The position numbers were made by a program, and so were the translations under genes. DNA of 64,000 bases from Desulfatiglandales bacterium (GTDB lineage Bacteria; Desulfobacterota; DSM-4660; Desulfatiglandales; Desulfatiglandaceae). The stretch spans positions 6,432,001-6,496,000 of the forward strand of contig OY759599.1 of the NCBI GenBank assembly GCA_963662465.1. Reading direction: 5' to 3'. The number at the start of each line of letters is the position of its first letter. Position 1 is the first letter of the stretch. Positions 47,504 through 56,848 of this stretch are shown one piece after another. The notes below the pieces were generated by a model. The model ran no database searches. It saw nothing but the letters and a program-made list of their open reading frames with translations, and was not told the origin of the DNA.

Positions 47504-48691
47504 TTAAAATCGGAACTGAAACTGAACGCCGTAGATGGCGTATTTGCCGTTGTTTACCCTGTTATTGAAGGTATCCCGATTGTCATCTCCGTCATTATAC
47601 CATATGAACTCGGGGATCAGTTGGAAACCCTTGGCCACGTTTATGGGAATGCTGATGCCCCAGAACCAGGACTTGTAGGCCATGGGGTTTTTATTGCCTT
47701 CGCTTTTCATCTGCCCATACATCAGGTGCGGCGTTACGCTTCCTAAGCGGTAAGATCCATCCACCCACCAGGCGTAAGTCCTGGTATCATCCAGTTGACG
47801 GTTATAGATGGTGGCGGCGGCGTTTCTTGCCGGTGGACTGACACCCATGCCGCCACCGGTATTGCTCCAGTTCTGCCCCCAGTTGCCTTCGGCGCTCATC
47901 TGAAAGGGACCGAAGGCGGCCATGATCCCCAGTGAACCGATGTAGGTGTCAATGTGATTGTCAATGCCATCGCAATCCGGGTGTTCGGAGAGGAAATTAA
48001 TTTTCCGCCGTTGATAGAGGAAGCTGGGATAAATGCTGATGGGTCCCGCATAAATGGGCAGACCCAGGTCGATTCGGGGCAGTTTGGTGTCGTTTTGATA
48101 GGGGATAATGGCATCTCCATACGGTGCATAATTCCCGAGCGTGCTTCCGTTCGGGTTTACCAGAGCGACGGCAAGGCGTATGGTATTGGTAAAATGGTAG
48201 GTTCCTCTTATCTGTGCAAAACGTCCGGAATAGAGTTCGCCGTAACCCTCGCCGATAATGTTCAGGCTTCCCGATCGGGTGCCGATCATCTGGAAAGGCA
48301 CAAGGGGAGAGATGGGGGTTGTGGTTTTTCCGGCCAGGATCTGAAAGTCGCGGGTGACGTCCCACCAGCCGTAGGCATGCCTGAGTGTAACCCCGTCGCT
48401 GGTGCTGTCGGCAGTGCCGCCACTGATCTGGCCGATGCCCACCTGAATGAACATGCCCACGTTTTCTTCGTTGGTCCATTCGGCATTTAACCGGGTTATA
48501 TTGGGAATTTGCAGGGCCGTGTTGGTAAATGAATTGTCACCGAGCTTTTTCCACTGGGAATTTTCTTTGTTTCTGTCCAGATAGTAGCAGTCCATATAAA
48601 TCCTGCCGCCGATGGTGATCTTGGCCGATGCGGTTTTCGCGGATATATTCAGTACAAACAGAAGCATGCAACAGAAGTATAACCCTTTCAA
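47504..48691 (-). CDS. Outer-membrane porin-like protein
   Basis: GAGGAGG RBS + TTG; signal peptide; LRHAYGWW..ILAGKT; ends YGVQFQFRF. Confidence 0.8.
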   Translation of the reverse strand: MKGLYFCCMLLFVLNISAKTASAKITIGGRIYMDCYYLDRNKENSQWKKLGDNSFTNTALQIPNITRLNAEWTNEENVGMFIQVGIGQISGGTADSTSDGVTLRHAYGWWDVTRDFQILAGKTTTPISPLVPFQMIGTRSGSLNIIGEGYGELYSGRFAQIRGTYHFTNTIRLAVALVNPNGSTLGNYAPYGDAIIPYQNDTKLPRIDLGLPIYAGPISIYPSFLYQRRKINFLSEHPDCDGIDNHIDTYIGSLGIMAAFGPFQMSAEGNWGQNWSNTGGGMGVSPPARNAAATIYNRQLDDTRTYAWWVDGSYRLGSVTPHLMYGQMKSEGNKNPMAYKSWFWGISIPINVAKGFQLIPEFIWYNDGDDNRDTFNNRVNNGKYAIYGVQFQFRF

Positions 48692-48865
48692 AAATTTGTC
48701 CTCCTCGGAAACGTATGCTAAAACAATGCCGGGGTTATAACCTGGATATTTCAGGAAATCAACGCTGATGCGGCAACATATCATATTGACATTTTGCGTC
48801 AAATACGCATTTAATACAATCGTCCGAAACCTGAAATCAGCGGAACCCCGCGAACAGGAGGCTTC

Positions 48866-49789
48866 ATGATGAATCGAAGGGAATTTTTAAAGGTTCAGGC
48901 AAAGGGCATTCTGTGCCTGATGGCCGGTGGATCCGGAATATGGTTTGCCGGAAAAGCCCTCGCCGGGTTGTTGCCGGATATTGCCGTGGTTAAGGGGGGG
49001 CCTGCCGCGGCTACCCGGGCCGCCGTGGAACTCCTGGGCGGCATGAAACAGTTTGTGAAACCCGGAAACCGCGTGGTCATCAAGCCCAATATGAGTTTCC
49101 CCACGTCGCCTGAAAGGGCCTCCAACACGCATCCGGAAGTGATTCGGGAACTGGCTGTCATGTGCCGGGAGGCGGGCGCCGGGAGTGTGCTGGTCCTGGA
49201 CCATACCCTGGGCCCGGAAGCGCTTTGCCTTGAAAATTCGGGCATTGTCAAAGGGTGCAAATCCGTCAGTAATGATATGGTGTTTGCTGTTAATGATCAG
49301 CGATTTTACAAGGAAACCGATCTCCCCCAGGGGAAAAGCATGATGCGTACGGATATCGCAAAAGAAGTCCTCAAATGCGATGTCCTCATTGCGGCTCCCG
49401 TGGCCAAGAGTCATTCCAGCACCGGCGTCAGCCTCTCCATGAAGGGGATGATGGGGCTCATTTACAATCGCCGCGTGATGCACGGGCAATTTGACCTCAA
49501 TCGGTCCATTGTGGATTTGTGTACGGTGTTGAAAGCGGATCTGACCGTTATTGACGGCACCCGGGTCCTTTCCACCAACGGCCCCCGGGGACCCGGCAAG
49601 GTTTTGAAAGAGGACACCATTATTGCTTCAAAAGACATGGTGGCCGCCGATGCCTATGCGGTTTCCGCTTTTGAATGGTATGGCAGAAGATTCAAGCCTG
49701 AACAGGTGAAACATATCCATGAGGCCCATAAGAGGGGATTGGGCCGGATGGATGTGGAAAATCTGTCCATCAAGACCGTCCGTTTATGA
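48866..49789 (+). CDS. DUF362-domain protein with Tat signal
   Basis: NRREFLK; VVIKPN; THPEV; PVAKSH; SMKGMMG; D.VAAD. Confidence 0.88.
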   Translation: MMNRREFLKVQAKGILCLMAGGSGIWFAGKALAGLLPDIAVVKGGPAAATRAAVELLGGMKQFVKPGNRVVIKPNMSFPTSPERASNTHPEVIRELAVMCREAGAGSVLVLDHTLGPEALCLENSGIVKGCKSVSNDMVFAVNDQRFYKETDLPQGKSMMRTDIAKEVLKCDVLIAAPVAKSHSSTGVSLSMKGMMGLIYNRRVMHGQFDLNRSIVDLCTVLKADLTVIDGTRVLSTNGPRGPGKVLKEDTIIASKDMVAADAYAVSAFEWYGRRFKPEQVKHIHEAHKRGLGRMDVENLSIKTVRL

Positions 49790-51426
49790 TTCTGTTTCGG
49801 CGGGTCATTCAAGTGTTCAGTCTGGGGCTTTTTCTGCTGTTGCTGGCGATGGCCGCGGCTTCTCTCCATTCGTCCGCCCCCCTTGATCTTTTTCTGCGGT
49901 TGGACCCCGGGCTTACGCTGCTGACGGCCATCAGCGCCGGAACGCTGACGGTCGCTTTTGTTCCGGCGCTGTTGGTTCTGATAGCCACGTTTTTTTTCGG
50001 GCGCATTTTCTGTGGTTATCTCTGTCCCATGGGGGTGACCCTGGATGGGGGGGATAAACTGTTTGCCCCGAGGAAAAAACCTGTTGGGCCAACGGAAAAC
50101 CCCCGGCGTTTGAAATACATGGTCCTCTGTTTTTTGCTGGGCAGCGCTTTACTGGGTGTGTCCCTGGTCTTTCTGGCAGCACCCCTGTCCCTGATTACCC
50201 GCTTCTACGGGCTCCTGGTGCATCCGATTCTGGCTTTTTTCGCCCACCGGTGCCTCGGCCTCCTGCATCCCCTGGCTGAGCAGTTGAACCTCAATGCCAT
50301 TATTTTTATTCAGGTTGCAACCCCGCGATTTGCGACCCTGTTGTTTATCCTGGGGTTTTTCTGTACGCTCTTTGCGTTGGCCCGGATTTCGCCCCGTTTC
50401 TGGTGTCGCAATTTTTGCCCTTCCGGGGCGCTGATGGCTATTTTTTCCGTAAAACCGGTTATCCGCAGATGCGTTTCCGATGCATGCACTGCCTGCGGAA
50501 AATGCATTCGCGCCTGCCCCATGAATGCCATTATAACGGAAAATCCACTGGAAACCCGGCATGAAGAGTGCCTGGTGTGCCGCACTTGTGAAGCCCTTTG
50601 TCCAGAGCAGGCCATCTCCTTTGGTCGAGTCAAAAGAGAACGGACATCCGATAAGGCGTCGTTTTCATCCAGCCGACGTCATTTCGTCTATTCGGGAATT
50701 GCGGGCGTTGTCGTCGCCGCAACCGGGCATACCGGACTCCTTGCGCCCCAAAGTAAATCCGGGCCGGGTCAGGTGTTGCCGCCGAGGCTTCTCAGGCCGC
50801 CGGGCGCGCTCCCCGAGTCGGCGTTTCTTGCCCGGTGTGTCCGCTGTGGCGAGTGTATGGCGGCCTGCCCCACCAACACGCTTCAACCTATTTGGTTTGA
50901 TGCCGGCTTCATGGCCCTTTTCAGTCCGACGTTGACCCCCCGGCGCGGCTATTGCAGCCCTGAGTGTCGCATGTGCGGCGAGGTTTGTCCAACGGATGCT
51001 ATCAGGGCATTATCCCCAAAGGAGCGAATCTGGGCCAAGACGGGCACGGCTGTCATTGATTTCAGTCGATGTCTGGCGTGGGAACAGCAGAAAAGCTGCA
51101 TGGTTTGTGATGAAGTCTGCCCTTACAAGGCGGTGGCATTTCGAAAAGAACCGGGTAATCCGGTTCCGGTTCCCCGGGTGGATGAGAACAAATGCGCCGG
51201 ATGCGGCTACTGCGAGCATTACTGCCCGGTGCAGAACCGGGCGGCCATTGTGGTGATGGCCATGGGGGCGCTCAGATTGTCGGAGGGGTCTTACAGTATC
51301 CAGGGTAAAGCCCAAGGGCTCCAGCTTTCCATCCATGCCGGACCCGGGTACGGCAAACTGCCTGAAAATGCGGGTGAGGAAAACGGATTTGCGCCCGGTT
51401 TCGATGATGCGGCGCCGCCGCCCTAA
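49786..51426 (+). CDS. Membrane polyferredoxin (NapH/MauN-like fused to NapG/MauM-like)
   Basis: GRIFCGYLCPMG, RFWCRNFCPSG, LRPPGA..E..F..RCVRCGEC, several CxxCxxCxxxCP motifs. Confidence 0.88.
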   Translation: MILFRRVIQVFSLGLFLLLLAMAAASLHSSAPLDLFLRLDPGLTLLTAISAGTLTVAFVPALLVLIATFFFGRIFCGYLCPMGVTLDGGDKLFAPRKKPVGPTENPRRLKYMVLCFLLGSALLGVSLVFLAAPLSLITRFYGLLVHPILAFFAHRCLGLLHPLAEQLNLNAIIFIQVATPRFATLLFILGFFCTLFALARISPRFWCRNFCPSGALMAIFSVKPVIRRCVSDACTACGKCIRACPMNAIITENPLETRHEECLVCRTCEALCPEQAISFGRVKRERTSDKASFSSSRRHFVYSGIAGVVVAATGHTGLLAPQSKSGPGQVLPPRLLRPPGALPESAFLARCVRCGECMAACPTNTLQPIWFDAGFMALFSPTLTPRRGYCSPECRMCGEVCPTDAIRALSPKERIWAKTGTAVIDFSRCLAWEQQKSCMVCDEVCPYKAVAFRKEPGNPVPVPRVDENKCAGCGYCEHYCPVQNRAAIVVMAMGALRLSEGSYSIQGKAQGLQLSIHAGPGYGKLPENAGEENGFAPGFDDAAPPP

Positions 51427-51427
51427 T

Positions 51428-52765
51428 TCACTCCTTTCCCTTTTTTATTTCCCCTTTTTTCATCTTGTACCGCAACACCCGTTCGCTGATGCCCAGGAGT
51501 TCGGCGGCCCGGGTCTGCACCCATCGGCTTTTTTCCAGCGCCGACAGGATCATCTCCTCCTCCACGGCGGACAGTCGTTCGGCAAGAGACCCCTGGGTTG
51601 CAGCCCGGTGATGCCTGATTTCTTCGGGAAGGTCTTTGGGTCCGATGGTCTTTCCCCTTGCCAGGATGGCGGTTCGCTGCACGATATGCTCTAGTTCCCG
51701 GACGTTTCCCGGAAAAGGGTATTTGATGAGAATATCCATGGCATCCGTGGAAAAGGTTACGGGGGATACGGCGTATCGCTCCAGAAAAAAATCGGCAAGG
51801 GGAGGGATATCTTTCCGGCGATGTCTGAGGGGCGGAATTTCAATTTCAAAGACTTTGATGCGGTAGTAGAGGTCCTCGCGAAACCGGCCGTCCTGCGCCA
51901 TTTTTTTAAGGTCCCGGTTGGTGGCGGTGACGAGACGCACATCCACCTGAATGTCTTCCTCGCCGCCCACGGGCGTAATCCGGCCCTGTTGCAGGGCCCG
52001 GAGCAGCTTGGACTGCAGGAGGAGGGGCATTTCGCCGATTTCATCCAGCAGCAGTGTTCCGCCGCTCGCCAGTTCAAAGCGGCCCCGCCGGTTTTTAACG
52101 GCCCCGGTAAAAGCGCCTTTCATGTGCCCGAACAGTTCGCTTTCAAAGAGATTCTCGGGTATGGCCGCGCAGTTGACATCCGAAAAAGGACCCGAATTCC
52201 CCCGTGGGCTCAGCAGGTGAATGAGCTGGGCGGCCAGCTCCTTGCCGGTCCCGGTTTCGCCGAAGATGAGTACCGGCCATGGGGATGGGGCGACTCGCCG
52301 AATGAAGGAGATCACCTCTTTCATTTCAGTGCTTTGTGCGATTATTTTCAGGGGGAGCGGCCCTTCTTCAACCACTTTTTCCACTTGGACCACATCTTCA
52401 TCCACGGCGATTCGTTGCTCGATCCGGTCAATTTTCTCAAGCAGCCGGGACAGGTCCACGGGTTTTTCGAGGAAATCGCCCGCCCCCAGTTTCATGACCT
52501 TGACCGCCGTATCCACGTCGCTGTAAGCGGTGATCATGATGGCCTGAACCAGTGGGTTAATGGCCTTCATTTTGGCAAGGACCTCATCCCCCGTCATACC
52601 GGGCATGCGTTGGTCCAGGAGTACCAGTTGAACCGGTGTGCTCTCGAAAAGTTTCAGTGCCTCATGGCCGTCGGAAGCCGAAAGTGTATGGTGTCCCTGA
52701 TGATCCAGGAAGCCTTTCAGCAGTTCCCGCTGGAGGGGATCGTCATCGGCGATAAGAATTTTCAT
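51428..52765 (-). CDS. Sigma54-dependent response regulator (NtrC/ZraR family)
   Basis: Receiver domain; [29 protein letters not shown]; Fis-type HTH. Confidence 0.95.
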   Translation of the reverse strand: MKILIADDDPLQRELLKGFLDHQGHHTLSASDGHEALKLFESTPVQLVLLDQRMPGMTGDEVLAKMKAINPLVQAIMITAYSDVDTAVKVMKLGAGDFLEKPVDLSRLLEKIDRIEQRIAVDEDVVQVEKVVEEGPLPLKIIAQSTEMKEVISFIRRVAPSPWPVLIFGETGTGKELAAQLIHLLSPRGNSGPFSDVNCAAIPENLFESELFGHMKGAFTGAVKNRRGRFELASGGTLLLDEIGEMPLLLQSKLLRALQQGRITPVGGEEDIQVDVRLVTATNRDLKKMAQDGRFREDLYYRIKVFEIEIPPLRHRRKDIPPLADFFLERYAVSPVTFSTDAMDILIKYPFPGNVRELEHIVQRTAILARGKTIGPKDLPEEIRHHRAATQGSLAERLSAVEEEMILSALEKSRWVQTRAAELLGISERVLRYKMKKGEIKKGKE

Positions 52766-52798
52766 GGGTCCGGTTGCCTTTCCTTAAGACTGTAACGG

Positions 52799-54349
52799 TT
52801 ACGGGTTGTCGTTAAAAGGGAGATAAACGGTGATTTCCAGAGCGCCCGGTTCGGGAACCGCTGTTTCCAGGCGCCCCTTGTGGGCCTGGATGATCCGTTG
52901 TGCAATGCTTAACCCAAGACCCGTCCCCCGGGCTTTGGTGGTGAAATAGGGGTCCAGAATTTGAGTCGTTTTTCCTTCGGACAGGGTGAATCCGCCGTTT
53001 CGAATTCTCAAGTATACCGCCTTGCTGTCTCGGTCCACCGTCACATGGATAAATCCTCCATGGGGTTGGGCTTCCATGGCGTTTCGCAACAGGTTTTCAA
53101 TGACCTGACCCAGCAGTTCGGGATCCCCGGAAATGGTCTCCCTGAAATTCAAGCGCTGGTCAACCAAAATCTTCAATTCTGCCAACCGGGGAAGATAAAG
53201 GGCCAGGATTTTTTGAAACAACCGGTCCAGGCGGAGGGGCTTCCGGTTGGGCATGGGCGGTCGCGCGTAATTGAGCAGTCCGCTCACACTGGCGTTGGCG
53301 CGACCCATCGCATCCGTCAGAAGGGTCAGCAGATGCCGGTGATCCGGCGTTAGTTCCTCGCCTTCCAGTTGAAGACGCTGAAGGCCCATTCCCAAGGCAT
53401 TCAGGGGATTTCTGATTTCATGGGCAATGGCCGCGGCTGCCCGCCCCAGAGCGGCGTCTTCCCGCTCTTTGGCGATCCGTCTTTCATAGGATTGAACCTG
53501 TACCAGATGGGACGACTGGTTTCGGTAGAGGATGAAGGAAATACAGATTCCCAAAAACGCAAAAACGGCGCCGAAAACAAAAAAATCACGCCACAGGCGA
53601 TGGATGGATCGATCCAGATGCCCTGTGTCCACTCCCACGGAAAGAATTCCGGACTGAAAAGGCAGTCGGGCTATGGCCACATCCTTTTCTTCAAGGGTCG
53701 TAAAGGTTACGGAAGGATTTTCGGACAATGGCGTTTTTCCGGGAATTGGGGTTTGCATGCGCACCGAATGAATGCCGGGAAGTTCGGACACGGTTTTCAT
53801 CACATGGTCCAGTCCCAGGTTCTCTTGGAGAGCCGCAATCATTTTGTCGCCGATCCCCAGCACGACGCATCCAGCCTCGTTAGGTCGGGGCCATGAAAAC
53901 AGATACAGGCTTTTTTTGTTCCGATGTTCCAGAACGGGTTTGTTTTCGCAGGGAGATGCGCTGATGGGTCGGAATTCGGAAAAACCATCCACCGCGGTCC
54001 CCGTTGATTCTGAGATCAGAATCCCCGCCAGCCCGGATTCTTTGGCAAAGGCGGACAATTCTTCCGGCGTGAAGGGTTCAATGTCGTTTAAGTAATTTAC
54101 AAAACGGGCCGTGTTTCCCAAAAGGGTTTCGAGGAGTGTTTCGGCCGCTTTTTGGGAGGCCATGGCACTCTGGGCGCTTGATTGGATGACCTCCGCCACC
54201 TGCCGCACATGGGTGCGTACATGGGCCAGAAAGTCCTCTTTGGCCTGATGGATCTGCCAGAAAAAATAGGCCACGGCGGAAAGGGTCAGCAGGGTAAACA
54301 GAAGAAGGTTGGTCAGCCAGAGCGGAAACCCTTGCCTATTTTCGGCCAT
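52799..54349 (-). CDS. Sensor histidine kinase
   Basis: Two TM segments; AHEIRNPL; NLLRNAMEA; PYFTTK..GTGLGL. Confidence 0.93.
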   Translation of the reverse strand: MAENRQGFPLWLTNLLLFTLLTLSAVAYFFWQIHQAKEDFLAHVRTHVRQVAEVIQSSAQSAMASQKAAETLLETLLGNTARFVNYLNDIEPFTPEELSAFAKESGLAGILISESTGTAVDGFSEFRPISASPCENKPVLEHRNKKSLYLFSWPRPNEAGCVVLGIGDKMIAALQENLGLDHVMKTVSELPGIHSVRMQTPIPGKTPLSENPSVTFTTLEEKDVAIARLPFQSGILSVGVDTGHLDRSIHRLWRDFFVFGAVFAFLGICISFILYRNQSSHLVQVQSYERRIAKEREDAALGRAAAAIAHEIRNPLNALGMGLQRLQLEGEELTPDHRHLLTLLTDAMGRANASVSGLLNYARPPMPNRKPLRLDRLFQKILALYLPRLAELKILVDQRLNFRETISGDPELLGQVIENLLRNAMEAQPHGGFIHVTVDRDSKAVYLRIRNGGFTLSEGKTTQILDPYFTTKARGTGLGLSIAQRIIQAHKGRLETAVPEPGALEITVYLPFNDNP

Positions 54350-54743
54350 GGCCACGGGCGCCCCCTTTGGTTCCGGAGATTCCCCGTCCCTTGCCCAGCC
54401 GTCGGCGTACCCCGGTGGGATCCTTGTTGTCTCTCGTGGCGGCTGATAATAAATTGCCGGCCAGAAAGTTTTGGGAACTCCCCGAAAATTTACCCCAAAT
54501 CCGGATAATGTCTCCTGGAAGGAGTCCTTTCGGTAAGTAACCGGAGGTCGTTTGGACGATGATATCTGTTGTCTCTTGATTCCCAGCCCCCTCCCGGGAC
54601 CCTTCCAGCACCTGTCCCGATATTTTTCCGGATGCCTGATCCAGGCTCAGGATGCGCACCAGCAGGGGTTCCTCCCCATAAGCCATGGAAGAAAAGAAAG
54701 GGTGAAGTAAAACCCCCATTAGAAGGACCAGGAAAATCCGCAT
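54336..54743 (-). CDS. Hypothetical exported protein
   Basis: Signal peptide; PGDIIRIWG; DPTGVRRRL; Gly/Arg-rich tail; in operon. Confidence 0.7.
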   Translation of the reverse strand: MRIFLVLLMGVLLHPFFSSMAYGEEPLLVRILSLDQASGKISGQVLEGSREGAGNQETTDIIVQTTSGYLPKGLLPGDIIRIWGKFSGSSQNFLAGNLLSAATRDNKDPTGVRRRLGKGRGISGTKGGARGHGRK

Positions 54744-55837
54744 TGAACCACCGTTTGTGAATAAGATTCATAATCCAGGGGCGCTTCGCCGTTTGTAATG
54801 GCCGCCGCGGCGAAAATCTCCAGGGAACCCCAGAAACGACTCACTTCCAACCCCAGGGTATAAATGGTGTTGGTTTCCCTGACGCAGTGCATGCTGTCAG
54901 GCACATGATGATAATCCATCCGATACCACTTGGCTTCCCCCATGACCCGCCATTCTTCAAAGGGTTCCCATGCCAGCGAGAATCCCGCCTCAATCTGCCC
55001 ATAAGACTCCAGATCCACGGATGAATCCAGGTCAGTGTAGCCTCCATAAAGAGATCCGGAAAGGGATGGCATCAAAAACAGATCCATGGTTAAAACCGTC
55101 CGAATCAAAAGGTTGTTTCTGGGGGGCAGGTATTCATTGAGGATGCTCTTTTTGCCGCACCCGTATGCTCCCCCGGACCCCTCTCCGGATGAAAGGCTTC
55201 CCAAACCCTCCCGCACAAGATTTGACAAGGATGACGGCCCTGGTGCTCCACCGCCGCCCTGTCCCTGGATCGGTCGGCCCTGACCCCGTCCCGAAAAGGG
55301 CTGGGCCCAGTTCAGATAATGCTGCCGATTCCAGGTATTCTCCAGGCGCAGGTTGATGCGGCTGTTGACGATCAAGTCCGCCGCAAGGCCTGCCATCACC
55401 TCATTTCTCTCCGCCGCCTCTACCAGATGGTCCCGGTAAACCGCCGCTTCCAGCAAAAGGGCCGGCATGAAGCGCCCATTGGCCAGTGGATATGAGAGGG
55501 CGCCGCCACCCCGCACATCATAATTGTCTTCGACCTGCCAGTAGTCCTGATAATGGGCATTTAAGAAAGTATCGAGGGTCAATGGGTTCTCGAAGCGAAA
55601 CTGTTTCCCCAGTCCTGCTGTGTATACGGAAAAGCCTGAGCCGTCGGCATCAGCTTCGAGGGCCGGGTTGGAATCATACCCAGTGGTTCCTTCCACAAAA
55701 AGATCCAGAACGTCCAGTGCCTCCGCCTGGGGAAGTCCCATGGTTTGACAGCAGAAAAAAGTGACCAGGAAGGCCTGGTAAATTAAAGAAGAAAGGCCCC
55801 TTTGCCGAGGCCTTTCCGGAAAGTCAATGTCAAACAA
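54719..55837 (-). CDS. Putative outer-membrane beta-barrel protein
   Basis: Signal-like N-terminus; GYDSNP; ends GFSWSF; Gly-rich internal loop. Confidence 0.7.
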   Translation of the reverse strand: MFDIDFPERPRQRGLSSLIYQAFLVTFFCCQTMGLPQAEALDVLDLFVEGTTGYDSNPALEADADGSGFSVYTAGLGKQFRFENPLTLDTFLNAHYQDYWQVEDNYDVRGGGALSYPLANGRFMPALLLEAAVYRDHLVEAAERNEVMAGLAADLIVNSRINLRLENTWNRQHYLNWAQPFSGRGQGRPIQGQGGGGAPGPSSLSNLVREGLGSLSSGEGSGGAYGCGKKSILNEYLPPRNNLLIRTVLTMDLFLMPSLSGSLYGGYTDLDSSVDLESYGQIEAGFSLAWEPFEEWRVMGEAKWYRMDYHHVPDSMHCVRETNTIYTLGLEVSRFWGSLEIFAAAAITNGEAPLDYESYSQTVVQCGFSWSF

Positions 55838-55846
55838 AACCCGTTC

Positions 55847-56269
55847 CTAACGGTTTCGACCGCCACGCCAGAGTGGCGAACCCGTTTCAGCATCGCGAAG
55901 TGCCATGGTGGATCCATCAACGGTGATGGTCATGACGATATCTCTCAATTCCCCATTGAAGTCCACGGTGTAGCCGGTCGCTGTAATGGCTTCACCCGCA
56001 ATGGGACGATCCACCTCTTGGGCTTCCCAGTACCAGATGGGGCCGATGCCGTAGAGGGTTACATTTTCACTCTCCAGGGCCACTTCCATTCCCTGCCCCG
56101 GAACAATGCCCATCACCGTTCCCGTGTAAGTAAACGGTGTGCCGCTGAGGATATCATGAATGGGACCTGTTCCATTCCCCGGGCCTTTTCCATTCCCCGC
56201 GAAACTCAGTCCCATCCCCACAAACAATACCAGAAGTGCTGCCATCGTACCCGTCAAAATCTTTTTCAT
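55847..56269 (-). CDS. Small periplasmic protein (OB-fold-like)
   Basis: AAGGAGG RBS; MKKILT signal peptide; GIGPIWYW; LRDAETGSPLWRG. Confidence 0.75.
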   Translation of the reverse strand: MKKILTGTMAALLVLFVGMGLSFAGNGKGPGNGTGPIHDILSGTPFTYTGTVMGIVPGQGMEVALESENVTLYGIGPIWYWEAQEVDRPIAGEAITATGYTVDFNGELRDIVMTITVDGSTMALRDAETGSPLWRGGRNR

Positions 56270-56345
56270 CTGTTGCTCCTCCTTGTTCCTTGAATCCTGG
56301 TTTTCAGGTTCCGGCCTTTCCGCAACCCCTATTGTAGAATGGCTA

Positions 56346-56361
56346 AGCAAGAAGAATGCCA
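56346..56361 (-). promoter_or_regulatory. Sigma54 -24/-12 promoter
   Basis: TGGCATTCTTCTTGCT with GG-N10-GC spacing, ~77 bp upstream of ATG 56269. Confidence 0.75.
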
Positions 56362-56433
56362 GGTTTAAAAAATCAGCAAAATAAGTCAGTTGCCGATCAT
56401 CATCTATTCGGAAGGTCAACAATACGGGTGTTA

Positions 56434-56451
56434 ATCGACAATTTTGTCGAT
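56434..56451. promoter_or_regulatory. Palindromic enhancer-binding-protein site (putative UAS)
   Basis: ATCGACAATTTTGTCGAT, ~75 bp upstream of the sigma54 promoter. Confidence 0.6.
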
Positions 56452-56475
56452 AGGCCGGTTTTCGTTGATTCATGC

Positions 56476-56754
56476 CTATTTGGTTCCTGGAAAGACCAGC
56501 ATCCAGATCCCCAGCAGGATAAAGAGAATTGCGGCGCCCATTTTCATGTAAACGGGCGGGATCAGTCGGCTGATGGCGGCGCCGAAAAGAACCGCCAGTA
56601 AAGACGTACACACCAGGGCCCCGGCGGCGCCTAGAAATACCGCCAAACGGGTTTTGCTGTCAGTGGCAAACGCAAAGGTGGCCAGTTGGGTTTTGTCCCC
56701 CAGCTCAGCCAGAAAAATCATTCCAAAAGTCGTCAACATTACTTTCAAATCCAA
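56476..56754 (-). CDS. TMEM165/GDT1 (UPF0016) family half-size transporter
   Basis: FLAELGDKTQLA signature; 3 TM segments. Confidence 0.9.
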   Translation of the reverse strand: MDLKVMLTTFGMIFLAELGDKTQLATFAFATDSKTRLAVFLGAAGALVCTSLLAVLFGAAISRLIPPVYMKMGAAILFILLGIWMLVFPGTK

Positions 56755-56848
56755 AAGATATAAACCTCCCTTTTTTCTCCTCTTCTTCCGCCAGGGAAAA
56801 GGTAATTTCGTTTTCGACTATAAGTATGCGCACTATATCCTGTCGAAT

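Noticed and set aside
56270..56611. Extension of the 55847 ORF to 254 aa
   Set aside because: Overlaps the GDT1 gene and the sigma54 promoter; RBS and signal peptide point to 56269
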